DNA of 53,446 nt from Octopus sinensis (taxonomy: Eukaryota): positions 1 through 53,446 of the forward strand of contig NW_021833864.1 of the NCBI RefSeq assembly GCF_006345805.1. The letters are read 5' to 3'. The notes beneath the pieces are model-generated. The model was given only the letters and a program-made list of their open reading frames with translations, was not told the DNA's origin and did no database searches. Positions 12,467 to 26,099 of the stretch are shown here, piece after piece. Each line of letters begins with the position of its first letter. Within the stretch, counting starts at the first letter, position 1. Position numbers and translations under genes: made by a program.

Positions 12467-12560
12467 GGATGTATAGTGGGTGGCATGGATGTGGTATCCC
12501 TATACCCATCGATCGACGTAGATTTTGCGGTGGATACATGTAAACGTATTTTTATGTACT
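12467..12560 (+). pseudogene. Penelope-like RT fragment
   Basis: CIVGGMDVVSLYPSIDVDFAVDTCKRIF contains the DVxSLYPSI catalytic-Asp motif typical of PLE RTs. Confidence 0.65.
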
Positions 12561-12981
12561 GATATGTGTGTCTGTTCAAGTCGTATACATAACTATTACT
12601 CTGTCGAAGGTTGTATATATATATATATATATATATACGTTCCTTTAATCCTCGTCTAACGTTTTTCAGTACATATCGCGAAATTCTTCTCTTCTGTGTA
12701 ATTTCAACAACCCTATTTGTCAACTCACCGTACGCATCTTTATAAATCATTGTATACTAAGTTTAGGTTTCCCTTACAGTTAACACAATAACTAAAATAC
12801 TTTTTTAAAAATGTCTCTTGCAACATAAGCATGATTCCAAATATATAAGCAAATTGAAAAGATAATGAAATTAATAAGTACAAAATTGATTGATCCATTA
12901 TTGCAGTCGTGTTCTCTTCGTTAATAATCCGACACGGGGCAATCCCTGTCGCTCAGGAAAGTTAAGTTGTTTATAACAGTA

Positions 12982-13378
12982 CTAGCAGTATCGCCCGGCG
13001 TTGCTCGGGTTTGTAAGGGAAATAACTATATAAGCATTTTTAGAGATGTAAAGTATAATAGCCATCTCAATATGACTAACCACAAAAGGAGGGGGTGTTA
13101 CTGTAGCTTTTTACGTTCTGAGATTTAATAAAGCATTTTTAGAGTTACATCCCTTATATAATAGCAAAAAAAATGCATTAAAAATGGGAAAAAATTATGG
13201 TAATTTTTTTTTTAAATCGTAGACTCATCGTAGACGTGCGCTAATACCCAGAAGGGCTCGATATGAATCACGACTATAAGATACCCGGTTTTGGTTAAAC
13301 TGCACCGCAAAATGTGGGAGTAGTTAGAAAACTAAATCGCAGGAGACAGACACACAACTTCACTTTTATATATAAAGA
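12982..13378 (-). mobile_element. Complete non-autonomous Helitron (397 bp)
   Basis: Minus strand A|TC start, subterminal hairpin CCCGAGCAACGCCGGG (12994-13009), CTAG|T end; inserted at an AT dinucleotide with no TSD. Confidence 0.9.
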
Positions 13379-13581
13379 TTTTACACTTATGAACAAAAGA
13401 ATGAAATTGCTCGATCTTATAGATATATCTATTATAATTTTACTAATGACATTCTCTATCGATATCTGTAACTTTACGGTTATTATATGCAACGAACCAA
13501 ATGAGCTCCCGTACACTGAACGTACAGTCTAGGTTGACATTATTTGACTTACACTTTTCTTCTTTCTCTTAGGACTTACCT

Positions 13582-13620
13582 CTCTCCGACGAAGAGCAAC
13601 GCTCAAAACATTAACGACTT
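13582..13620 (+). ncRNA. Decayed minimal hammerhead-like motif
   Basis: CCGACGA-A-GAGC-AAC-GCTC-AAAAC, two substitutions away from CUGACGA...GAAAC. Confidence 0.25.
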
Positions 13621-13707
13621 TCAACGAGCGTCAAATTTATATTGCTTGTGCACATCCTCACGTTCATTTTTTTCCGTCTATTTAATTACTTGTTATTTGA
13701 ATTGACT

Positions 13708-13990
13708 GCATACATACATATATACATACATAAATACATACATACATACATACATGCATGCATGCATACATACATACACACATACATACATACATACAAG
13801 CAAACATACATACATACATACATACCTACATACATACATACCTGCATACATACATACATACATAAATACATACATACATACATACCTACATACATACATA
13901 AATACATACATACATACATACATACCTACATACATACATAAATACATACATACATACATAGATACATAAATACATACATACATATATGCG
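13708..13990. repeat. (CATA)n microsatellite
   Basis: Direct reading. Confidence 0.95.
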
Positions 13991-15634
13991 CACATATACA
14001 GTACAAAACCACTGTTTTGTTCTCGCTATTGCACGTATTCATGTTATTGTGGAGTAAGGAGTAACCGACTGGGTATTTTATAGTTATTTCACCACTTTAA
14101 TACTCAGACAGTAAATCTTGCTGAGCTCAGCTAATCCATATCTTCGTCCCAAATCCAATCGTTTAAATCACCCGATATATATGATGCATCAGAGCACATC
14201 GATTATACCCGTTATTAATGCATTCTGATATATTTCGGAAATAGTTTTGAAATCTAAGATGTAAATTATAGAAACGGGTTTTTGAAACTTGCTTATTTTT
14301 CCCAGGGATGACAGCAGGATTTGAGACCGGTTTGCGGAATCGGTTTAGCAAGAATTTTTTTTCCTTTTTCATCGCTTTTTATAAGCCGCATGGTATTAAA
14401 TATTTATTACATAAACATTATGCCTGATATCTCTCGAGAGTTTATATTGGTATAAGAGAGTCGAAGCTGGATTGAGGACTTACCAACGCATTATGACATA
14501 AGCCATACACAGCTAATTAATTATTTCTAGGAGTAGATTAGTTGAAACACAAAAAGTTCATGCCAATCTCATGAGTGTTAGTGGCATAAGTTATCTGAAA
14601 TAATTCCAGCAGGTGTTATTTCAACATTTTATCACCGACTATACATAGTCAGTGCTATGGTAATATACATTGTCTGTAAATTCTTGATATTCTTTAACCG
14701 CAGGATGAGCAAACCAATGATCAAAGCCTTTCCATCTGTGACCTGCTTCATTGTATCTAAAGTGCGCTTTCTTATTTTTCAGATGATATGATGTGCGCTG
14801 CTAAATTATACGCGACGCATGGCTATACATTTGTCGACATCTGCACATCTACTTTACATATTTCATTGATCCCTGCAGGAATAGAAGGCAAAGAGGATCT
14901 CGTTACGATTTGAACGTATATTAAAACAGATTCATCAAATGCATTTTGTTGCGTATATTGTTTCTACAATCCCATCATGAACTACACAACTGATCAACAG
15001 GGAAAATGAGCGAAAATATTACGTGACCGTTAATTAATTACCGCGACATTGTCAAAGACAATTGACATCGTCATCAGTATTGTTATAATCATGAAATGAC
15101 CGGAGACCAAGTCAGTTGTGGTCGTAGCTACACGATATGAGGTGAAATTAGTAAACCAGTAATTGAAAGGTTATTACATATTCGAATCGGTGGGAGTAGA
15201 GGACCATTGTACGGAACTCGCTTATATATTAATAAAGAGTGTTGTACTAAAGAAAAAAAATCTATACTATATGTAGCATATTTCATTCTATATAGTATAT
15301 ATGTGTGTGTTTGTGTACACACACACACACACGCATACACACTGACACACACACACACACACAATGATTTATATATATATATATATATATATATACATCT
15401 CGTTGGTCAGATGATGCTGTAACAGTTTTGCTGGTACATAAAATCAATAACAGAATAACAATAATATTTGAGTTAGCATTAAGTATTCAGAGCAGTTTTT
15501 GTCTGCAGATCCTACCTGGCATGCTTTGATACTATATATATTGTATATTTTATGCAAAATTACCGACGGACGTATAATGGTTTTTGTCTATTTTGGACAC
15601 TATTCAAAGTGAAAGAGAATCAGTAGCAAATAAG

Positions 15635-15681
<47 letters not shown>

Positions 15682-15771
15682 ATATGTTTATGTATCCATG
15701 TATATATATGTATATATATATACATACATATACATTTATATATAACTACACACACATATACACGCACACAC

Positions 15772-15820
<49 letters not shown>

Positions 15821-15969
15821 CATATATACCTCATGCATTATATATATAATGCATAGATATTCAACATATATATTTACATAAAATATACACGTACACACTG
15901 ATACATACATACATCATACATACATACATAAATGAATACATATATATATATATATATAGATATATACAT

Positions 15970-16005
<36 letters not shown>

Positions 16006-16006
16006 G

Positions 16007-16037
<31 letters not shown>

Positions 16038-16488
16038 TACATACCTACATACATACATGTGTGTGTGTGAATATGTGTGTATGTGTTTGTATGTATGCAT
16101 GTATTTATATATTTACATATTTTATTTATATTTATTTTATCCATAAATATAATTATTTCTCAAAATACCTCAGAAATGTATAGTCAAGCAAACATTCTAC
16201 TAGAGTGCACAATAAACATAGTTCAATGCTATATAACTTAATATAATATGTGTACATCAAATTGAATAAAAAAAAATGAAAAATATATTTTATGCCACAA
16301 AATTTTAGCTTAATTCAGTTAAGACTACATATTTTATTGGATTTTATAAACATATATAACCACACAATAATACACGTATATTCACACGCACACAAACACA
16401 TGTATACATATATATACTCATATGTGTTTGTACACATACAGATACGTACTTATATATATATATATATATATACACACAAACATATATA

Positions 16489-18000
<1,512 letters not shown>

Positions 18001-18039
18001 ATACACAGGCTGCGTAAGGTATTTGAGGACGTACCCTGA

Positions 18040-18370
18040 GTTTACTCAAGAAAGGAAGAGGCCTGCTATTATTGTGGTTATAAAGGCTGAACATAGCGAG
18101 TTATAACTATTACTAAAAGCCGCCAGATCTTTCCTATACAAAGTTTGTAATAATCTAGAGATCGGAAATGGAAGTGTATCACCAGTATCAAAGTATGAAA
18201 AGCATTCTAACCGCTGTGAAATCATCAAAATACCAGAATTCATCCAGCAAGTTCACCGGACCATTGATTACTATCCCTGAAAGTCCCTGAGGTCAAGTGC
18301 AAAAGATCTCCATGTGTCAGAAAGAACAGTCAGAAATGTTGTTCACGAAGACGTCAGATATAAGTCTTAT
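18040..18370 (+). pseudogene. N-terminal fragment of a second maT-like transposase lineage
   Basis: RKRPAIIVVIKA...LKAARSFLYKV...IPEFIQQVH...RTVRNVVHEDVRYKSY parallels TPEFV...VHEDIRYSSY of the 16489 element. Confidence 0.7.
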
Positions 18371-18749
18371 ATATCGAACAACAGGGGATGTTTTTAATCT
18401 TACAAGACTGAAATAGTTCAGATTTTCATTTCATCAAAACTTTTTTTTTTTCGTTTTCTTTCAAAAACACTTTCTTTCTACAAGCGTTCTTATTTGTTTT
18501 AACTTATTACTTTCATTTTGTCAGTTATGCTAGAAAAGAAAAAGGCTCAAATATTTATTTCTTGAAAACTCTCTTACGGGACTGTCACATTGAGTTGACA
18601 GTATACGACCACTATATTTTTTCTTTTCATTTTCTTTTAAAAACACTTTCTTGCTATAAACGTTATTCTCTCACTCATATAATTTCATTTCGTCAGTTCA
18701 GCTACAAAAAAGGGTTCAGATTTTCTTCTATCTATCTATCTATCTATCT

Positions 18750-19153
18750 TGACTATGATTCTATGAACCGTAAAAATTAATACAGAGAGTTGCTTATTTG
18801 CAAAAAAAAAAAAGAAGAAATATAACATGTGACTTCATTGACCGAGGTTACCGTGGTCTTTTCCGTAGGCTTTTCTTTCCACGGGTAAACCTCACCTGTC
18901 CTCCCCTTTACACTTCATATTGACATTTCTGTGATTACGATCCATATTGATCAACTTTTTTTTCCTCTCCCCTTTTCTTTTTTTTTCCTCTCCCCCCCCC
19001 CTTTTTTAAAATCCTCCCCTTTTTTGTCCTCTTTCTTTCCTTTTACGATCCCTTTTGATCGAAAACCAACCCCCTTTTTTTCCCCAAAAAGAAAAGCTCT
19101 ACCTCGTAATTTGTTCTGTCTGTGTGCAGCCCTGTGTGGCTAATAAAGAAACA

Positions 19154-19160
<7 letters not shown>
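18750..19160 (+). mobile_element. ~400-bp headless short retroelement (family E), copy 1
   Basis: Colinear with 41264-41660 and has the same 5' start GACTATGATTCTATGAACCG; flanked by (TATC)n on both sides. Confidence 0.8.
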
Positions 19161-19191
<31 letters not shown>

Positions 19192-19234
19192 GCTAGCTAG
19201 CTAGCTAGCTAGCTAGCTATCCATCCATCCATCC

Positions 19235-19295
<61 letters not shown>

Positions 19296-19843
19296 AGCGT
19301 TCTTATTTGTTTGAAGTTATTACCCTTCTATTTCTCTCTGCCAGCAACGACCATTTTCATTCCGTTAGTTAAGCTGATTTTTAAAGAATATTTATTTAGG
19401 TATCCTATTATTACATCATGCCACGACGAGGAAGAAAAAAAAACATCTGGTTGGTTTATAGATAATCCGAAGAGAGCACGGCTTAGAAGACGACTTAATC
19501 GGACGCGCGGAGAGCTGAGTATCTGGCAGAACAGAGAGAAAGAGACAGAAGCAGGAGAGATCAGGAATCGGACGCACGGAGAGCTGAAAAGGGGGAAAGA
19601 GAAAGAAGCAGGAGGCAGCATGAATCAGACGCTTGAACAGCTGAGCGTCTGGCGAAACAGACGGACAGATGCAGAAGCAGGAGATATGATTCGGACATTC
19701 AGCGATCTGAACGTCTTTCGCGACAACCCATTACGAATACAGCAAGGACAGTTCAACGACGCGACCTATCTGCTGATGTTGGACAAATGAACAAGATCTG
19801 TGTCTATTGCCATGCAATGTTTTTTCATGCTAAATGTTTTTGC

Positions 19844-20170
19844 GCCGGAAGCTCCAATATGAACATTACAGAGGACAATGCAGAGTGTTCAGAAAGAACT
19901 GAATTAGTTTAATGGTGATTACGAAGGTACGGCAGCTCGGAAAACTCACTCTGATCGTTCTGATAAGAAAAGAACTCCTGAATTTGTTGGTGAGATCTAG
20001 GCTATGATTCGCAACGATGCCTCCAAGTCAATGAGGTCCATCGCCAGGGGCATGGGGGAGTGTCTGTGTTTCTTATCAAGCAGGTAGTTCATGAAGACAT
20101 TAGGTATTCCTCATACAAGATGAGGAAGAGCCAATTTTTATCCCAAGCCATCAAAGAAAAGAGAAAAGAC
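19844..20170 (+). mobile_element. Internal maT fragment copied into the Helitron Zn-finger
   Basis: About 94% identical by hand to 16663-16992; TTTTGC duplicated at 19838-19843 and 20171-20176. Confidence 0.85.
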
Positions 20171-20542
20171 TTTTGCTGTACGAATGGAAAAGTCAGGCTG
20201 GGGAATCCGCAGCCTTTACCCAAGAAACGTCACAATCTATTTAGTACTGATCAACCTACTGCAAATGAGTTCGGTAAGACCCTCGCTTGTTCTAAATGAC
20301 ATCTTTTGGGGGCCCAAAATGTTCCTTCCTCAAGGAGTGGATGGAATCCTTCCATCGTTATTCAGGGCCATATTCATCATTGCATCGGTTCCTTAACTCC
20401 TAATCACAATGAACAACCCCAATTTCTTCAAATTTACATCTTAGATCCTCAGGATAATGTCGATTTAAGGATGAGGATATTCCATAACGATAGCATTCAG
20501 TGTGACATAATTGAATGATTGGAAATTATACTCAGACAATAT

Positions 20543-20752
20543 AACTAAAGGTATATTTTTGCCAATGTTTACAACGATAAACGCGTTCTATAAACGTGTT
20601 TACACGAGGATTCTCTGAGAACAGGATGAAATACATTTCACTGTTACAAAGTGGACAAAAAGATTTACCTTTATCATACTGAAAAGATATAGATAGAATA
20701 TTCCATTCAAAATCAAATTGTTTATTATGATCTTTTAGATACCAAATCAATT
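20543..20752 (-). mobile_element. Internal Penelope GIY-YIG fragment copied into the Helitron
   Basis: About 5 differences in 210 bp versus 24016-24225. Confidence 0.9.
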
Positions 20753-22545
20753 GCATCATGTAGAATGGCAAAAGAACAAATTACAAATATTCCCGGAGCT
20801 ACGATTATTATTGATCCCGGTCCGAGACCAGCAATAGAACACGAGAGAAGATTCAATGCACAAATGCAAACGAAGTTGCCATCATTATACAAAACAGCAC
20901 CGAAAATCCAAACAACAGCATGGCACATTGTGTGGAAAGAAAAAAGCGGACAACTGCAAATATATGTTGGAGCGATGCCAGGATGCCATGACTTATATAC
21001 GGAAATACGGCAATGCTTCGGTCTTCATCACAATGACATGCAATCCAAACTAGCCTGAAATCCGGCAGAACCTATTCCTGAATCAGAAGTTGCATGGCAG
21101 GCCAGATCTAATTGCCAGAGTATTTGATCTGAAGCGGATTCTGTTCATAAATTATTTTACTGGAGTAGATGGTTTATTTGGCAAATGCATCACTTACGTC
21201 ATCACCGTCGAATATGAAAAGCGAGGTCTTCCCCATGTACATTGTTTGCTATGGCTCAATGAAGGAAGACACATCGGTGCTTCAGAAGCTTTTGCCTCAG
21301 TCCTCGGATTTCAAATTCATGAGAGGGAATCAGCTGTAGTTCGCCTTCAAGTTCATCTACCTGAGGAAAATCAAATCTTCTTTCAGGACAATGCTGCTGT
21401 TACAGTAAACAATAACAGGCATAGGACAACTCTCATTGAGTTCATGGATCTTTGTGCTTGCGATCCATTAAAAAAAACTTTGTGTTATGCCGATGTGCCA
21501 GGTTTTACACTTGGAGTAACAAGACATGGGAAAAGAGGAAGGTGGGGAAGAGAGTTGACCAGTATCCAGGGATTTTTGAGGCGAACGTTTTTGGACGAGT
21601 AAATACTGTTTCTCCACGAAGTGGCGAACTATATTACTTAAGAATCCTTCTGCATCAGATCGAAGGGACAGTATCGTTCAACTCTTTGAAAATGTGTGAT
21701 GGAGAACTTTTGCCATTATTCAAAGACGTCTGCAGAGAGAAAGGTTTGCTTCAATCGGATGGTCATTGGCAGCAGACTCTGGAGGATGCTGAGCGAACAT
21801 GGCTTCTCAAAGCCATGTGAGATCTATTCATTGTGCTCCTCACAAATACGGAAATTAACAATTCCAGTGCTCTATTGACTTGATTTAGGAATTCGCTGTC
21901 TAAGGATTACCTTCAAATAGAAAAAAGGGTTACCAGAAACATTAACCTTTTGATTAGCAAGAGACATTATGATCATTGTTTTCTGTATTTCCAAGACAAA
22001 CTTAATGACCTGGGCAAAAGTCATACTGACTTTAACCTGCCAATGCCAAATGTCGCTAATCAGGATATTGGCAATTTGGAATTATTGCATGAGATGCAAT
22101 ACAGCAGAGAAGAGCAGCAACGATGTGTAGAAGAGAGAGAAAGAGCCTTTATCGAATAGGGAGCAAGAAGATGTGTACATATTTGTTTGTAACAGTTTGC
22201 AGAGGAACACATCTGCATTGATTTTCATTGACGCTCCAGGTGTAACAGGAAAGACATTCCTGATTAACTTTAATCCTTTCAAAAGTGAGGGGAAACAGCG
22301 ACGTAGCTATTGCGGCGGTGCCATCTGGTATTGCTGTAACATTGATGCCTAGTGGAAGAACGCCGCATTCTAGGTTCAAAATACCGATAGTACTCTACAT
22401 GACAAATGCGACAGCAATGAGCCATTCGGTGAAATTTTGACAATCTGCTGTGGACATTTCTGTCAGCTTCTATCAGAAGTGAAAAGAGGAAATGATGCGG
22501 ACATGGAAAACGCCTGCATTACAAAATCATAGCATTACAAAATGA

Positions 22546-23420
22546 CAGCTCGCGTGACTATTGGCACTGAACAGCGACCCATCAGCGACGACACGGTACG
22601 ACGTCAACAAACTGTGTTGCTGTCGTCTTGCTCAGGGGTCTGCCCTCACCGACCGTCACCAGCTACAGTGGACAACACAGCACCAACATAGTTTTTTTCT
22701 GATGAGAGCCGGTACTGCGTTTACAGTTCGGATGGCAGAGTGAGAGTGTGTCGTAGAAGGGGTGAACACTTCAGAGACGCATGTCATGGAGAGAGACACG
22801 TGGAGTGGTCAAAGCATCATGGTTTCGAGTGCTATAGGCCTGAATCAGAGAATTGGGCCCCATGTGTTCTAAAATGTTGGTGTAGGCAGAAGGAATGACA
22901 TCACAGCGCACCGCTACGTTGACCAGATCCAAAGCCACGTGTTCCAGCAGGGTAATGCTTCTTCTCACACGACCAGGGTCACTGTCGACTTCCTGCGTTA
23001 GCGCAGCATCAGAACCATGCTGTAGCCCTCTCTCAGTCCGATTTGAATAAAATCCAGAGACGGCTGAATCAGGTTGTCCAAGGCCACAACTCGTGTGGAA
23101 GTGGAGGTAGCTTTCCTCATGGTGTGTGCACAGGTGCCAATAGCTTTTGTGAACAGCTTCATGCTCTCCATGTACCGACGGTGTATGGTCGTTTTGAACA
23201 CCCAGGAAGGGTATACACGGTGTTGAACATGTCACACCCTACAATCTCGATGTCTGGATCCGCCACTACCAGAACACATGACAACAACCTATAGTCTGTG
23301 GTCAAAGTGCAGCCAAGAAATTGACTTTATATGATTTATCAAAATTCATCTCTGACATAATGAAATTAAAAGATATTTCACAGTCACACATGTCTCGCGT
23401 TTCTTTTGCGGTTCAGTGTA
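22546..23420 (+). mobile_element. Tc1-like (DD34E) transposon, 5'-truncated
   Basis: ISDDTVRR, FFSDESRY..DGRVRVCRRRGE, IMVSSAIG, FQQGNASSH, SPDLNKI; right TIR ...CGCGTTTCTTTTGCGGTTCAGTG|TA ending 23418. Confidence 0.85.
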
Positions 23421-23439
23421 TGTGTGTGTGTGTGTGTGT

Positions 23440-25675
23440 GTATTTCCAATGCTTAAAATAACACTGAAAAAATAAATAAATAGTTACCAGAGTAACAAAA
23501 AATTCACACAAGTATCAAGGATGTAACAGCCTGTTTATAAAAGTAGAAACTCCATGTTTAGGTGAAATGTTTTTGTATAACATAGATAAATAAATATATG
23601 GTGTTAAAAGCAGGTGTTGTTCAAATCATTTTACTTCTAACATATGTTTCGAAGAAAACATTGGTATTATTCCAGAAGTAATAAAATGGTGTAAAACAAT
23701 TCAATCTTCTCATCAGGAAAAGAAAGAAACCAAGCACATCAATAAGACATTTTAACAGAATGTGATGACAGCGTATATGATGAAGGGAACGCTAGCAAGT
23801 TTTTGTTTTAAACCTGTTAGTAGGTATAACGTCAAAGGTCGTTTATAGAAAGAGAAGGGGGAGAAAGATAGAAATTAGCATAGTGGAGAGATATAGAGCG
23901 ATAGTTGAGTATGAATAAAGCTTAAAGGCATGGAAGTAGATATGTTTTATGGAAGGGAAATGTAAGAAGACAGTGAAGGGTCGAATTTTATAGAATGGTA
24001 GAAATCCCTTATGGGAACTAAAGGTATGTTTTTGCCAATGTTTACAACGATAAACGCGTTCTATAAACGTGTTTACACAAGGATTCTCTGAGAATAGGAT
24101 GAAATACATTTCACTGTTACAAAGTGGACAAAAAGATTTACCTTTATCATACTGAAAAGATATAGATAGAATATTCCATTCCAAATCAAATTGTTTATTA
24201 TGAGCTTTTAGATACCAAATCAATTTACTAAGCCCAGTATTGTTATGTTTATTGATATGTGTAAATGTAGAGTAATGATTAGATATTCTTTTGGACAACT
24301 GAGATGAAGAACTGCCTGTATGAAAAAAGACGTCAGAACAGGAAGTAATTTTACATCGATAAATAGAGTTTCTAGTCTTAGAATTACTGCTAAGGCGACG
24401 AATACGATTGGAATCAACATCAGAAACACTAATACCGCTGCTATTACTATTTAAAGAATGGTTAGTGTTAACAAAATCAATGTTACTATTTTCATTAAGT
24501 GGATGTGTATTTAACAACGTATTATTATGCGAAGATGTGGTTTGTGAAAAAAATTTTTTTAGAAAACCCTATCGTGATTCGGTGTGAATTAATAATCGAA
24601 TAGTATCTTGAATTTCTTGGGAAATTATTTTCTATAGCTTCACGAAACTGGTAAGGGAAGTTGGATTTGATCTGCTTACCATATGGAATTATTAACCGAA
24701 CAGTTTTGCTAGGACATACCTTGTTATTAGGGTAATTATCTTTAAAAGTTCTCAACGTACCTTTATAACGAAGAAGGGTCTTAAATAACGGTTATCTCCC
24801 TTACATTATTCCATTACGTTACTCGATTTGGTGTTGTTATTCGAAATAAAATTAATGTTGTTAATATCGTCATGACTTGATTTCATATCCTGATTAATAG
24901 AGGTAGAATTAATGTCAATAGGGTTAATATAGGCATTTTTTCTTTATAGCCTGCTTTAAGTGAGGCAGAGTTATAAAACTCGGCTTTATCGTTGAAGATA
25001 TCAACATTAGCAGATAATCTAGAAAGTCTAAGTGAAATATTCCTGACTAAATTCCTTGTTATAGCCTTTGAGTGTTTACTGAAAGAGTTAACATATTTTA
25101 AATCAGTTGAGGGTTTATGGTATGAGAAATATGAATCATTGTGCAAGTTAAGGATAATATCCAAAAAGTTGCTTTAGTTATATCATCGTCAAAAATCATG
25201 CTTAAACCCATGTTTCAGAAAAATTTAACTAAGCTATTCTTAACCCTTTATAATTTTTGGTTAGAGGCATTTTGAAGGTAGAGTAGATAATCATCACGAT
25301 ATAAACCTCTATTGATGTTAGGGAATTGGTCAGCCATCTCATAAACCGACCAAATCAGCGATTTGTGGTGAATCAGAACTTCGTGACATCAAAACTGTCG
25401 GATGTATCTTTCCGGACCCAGAGCTTGTTATCGAATTTGATAATGGATTTTCTGTCGGCTAACACGACATTAATTTCGTCCCTGGTGAGACCTGCTTTCT
25501 ATTGAGCGAGCCAGAGTGCCTTGTTGAGTACGATTGGGCTGATGGAGGGATAGAAACTAGAAATGTCAAACTGGATAAACTTAGTGCACTTCTTGTTATT
25601 AATAGAATTAAACCAGTCGATCACTTGAAACGAATTAGACCATAAATTAAGCTTTAATGTTTTTAACTAAGGTAG
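23440..25675 (-). mobile_element. Penelope-like element (RT + C-terminal GIY-YIG), 5'-truncated and decayed
   Basis: QFDISSFYPSI (25541-25574), GLYRDD (25290-25307), HKPSTDLKYVN, SIYRCKIT...HTG...KRISNH, LSKLIW, CPLCNSE; hammerhead in the 3' region. Confidence 0.9.
23634..23720 (-). ncRNA. Type I hammerhead ribozyme motif 3' of the Penelope ORF
   Basis: UUUC-CUGAUGA-GAAGA...UCUUC-GAAAC-AUAU-GU-UA-GAAG; palindromic stem III AACAUAUGUU. Confidence 0.6.
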
Positions 25676-25981
25676 GAATATATTCAAGTAAAATATTTTT
25701 TCTAAGTACACCGATGTTAGTGCTAGAAGGACAAATAAGTCCATTTATTTATTTATCTATCTATCTATATATATATCTATATCTATATATAGAAAATAAT
25801 AAAAAGTGAAAAAACTACAGAAGGCTTGTTTTAAAAGGTTAAAAAATATATTTGAGTCATTATGCCAGAAGAATGTTATAAAATTTTTCCATACAGTGAC
25901 ATAGTTTTTGAAGAAATTACCGGTTTCGTGTTAACTTTTCAAATTTCTCTAAACATCGTGTTATGTCTTCGTTATGAAGTG

Positions 25982-26030
<49 letters not shown>

Positions 26031-26099
26031 GTAATTTTTTATACAACTGTATACAGTGTGTATATGTATATGAATGTATAAAATGATGTTCAATGAATA

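Larger units (their letters stand above)
19418..22530 (+). pseudogene. Decayed Helitron Rep-helicase (RepHel) gene
   Basis: STPR-like 23-aa repeats, CVYC...CCTNGKV Zn motif, MTSFGA, HHCIGSL, HERRFNA, QDAM..RKYG...FITMTCNP, EYEKRGLPHVH (HUH), RLQVHLP, YYLRILL, PIF1 (FIDAPG..GKTF, SGIA..L.SGRTPHSRFKIP, PFGE...GHFCQL). Confidence 0.9.

Noticed and set aside
19311-19790. 159-aa ORF as a novel gene
   Set aside because: Mostly the alternative frame of the frameshifted Helitron N-terminal repeats.
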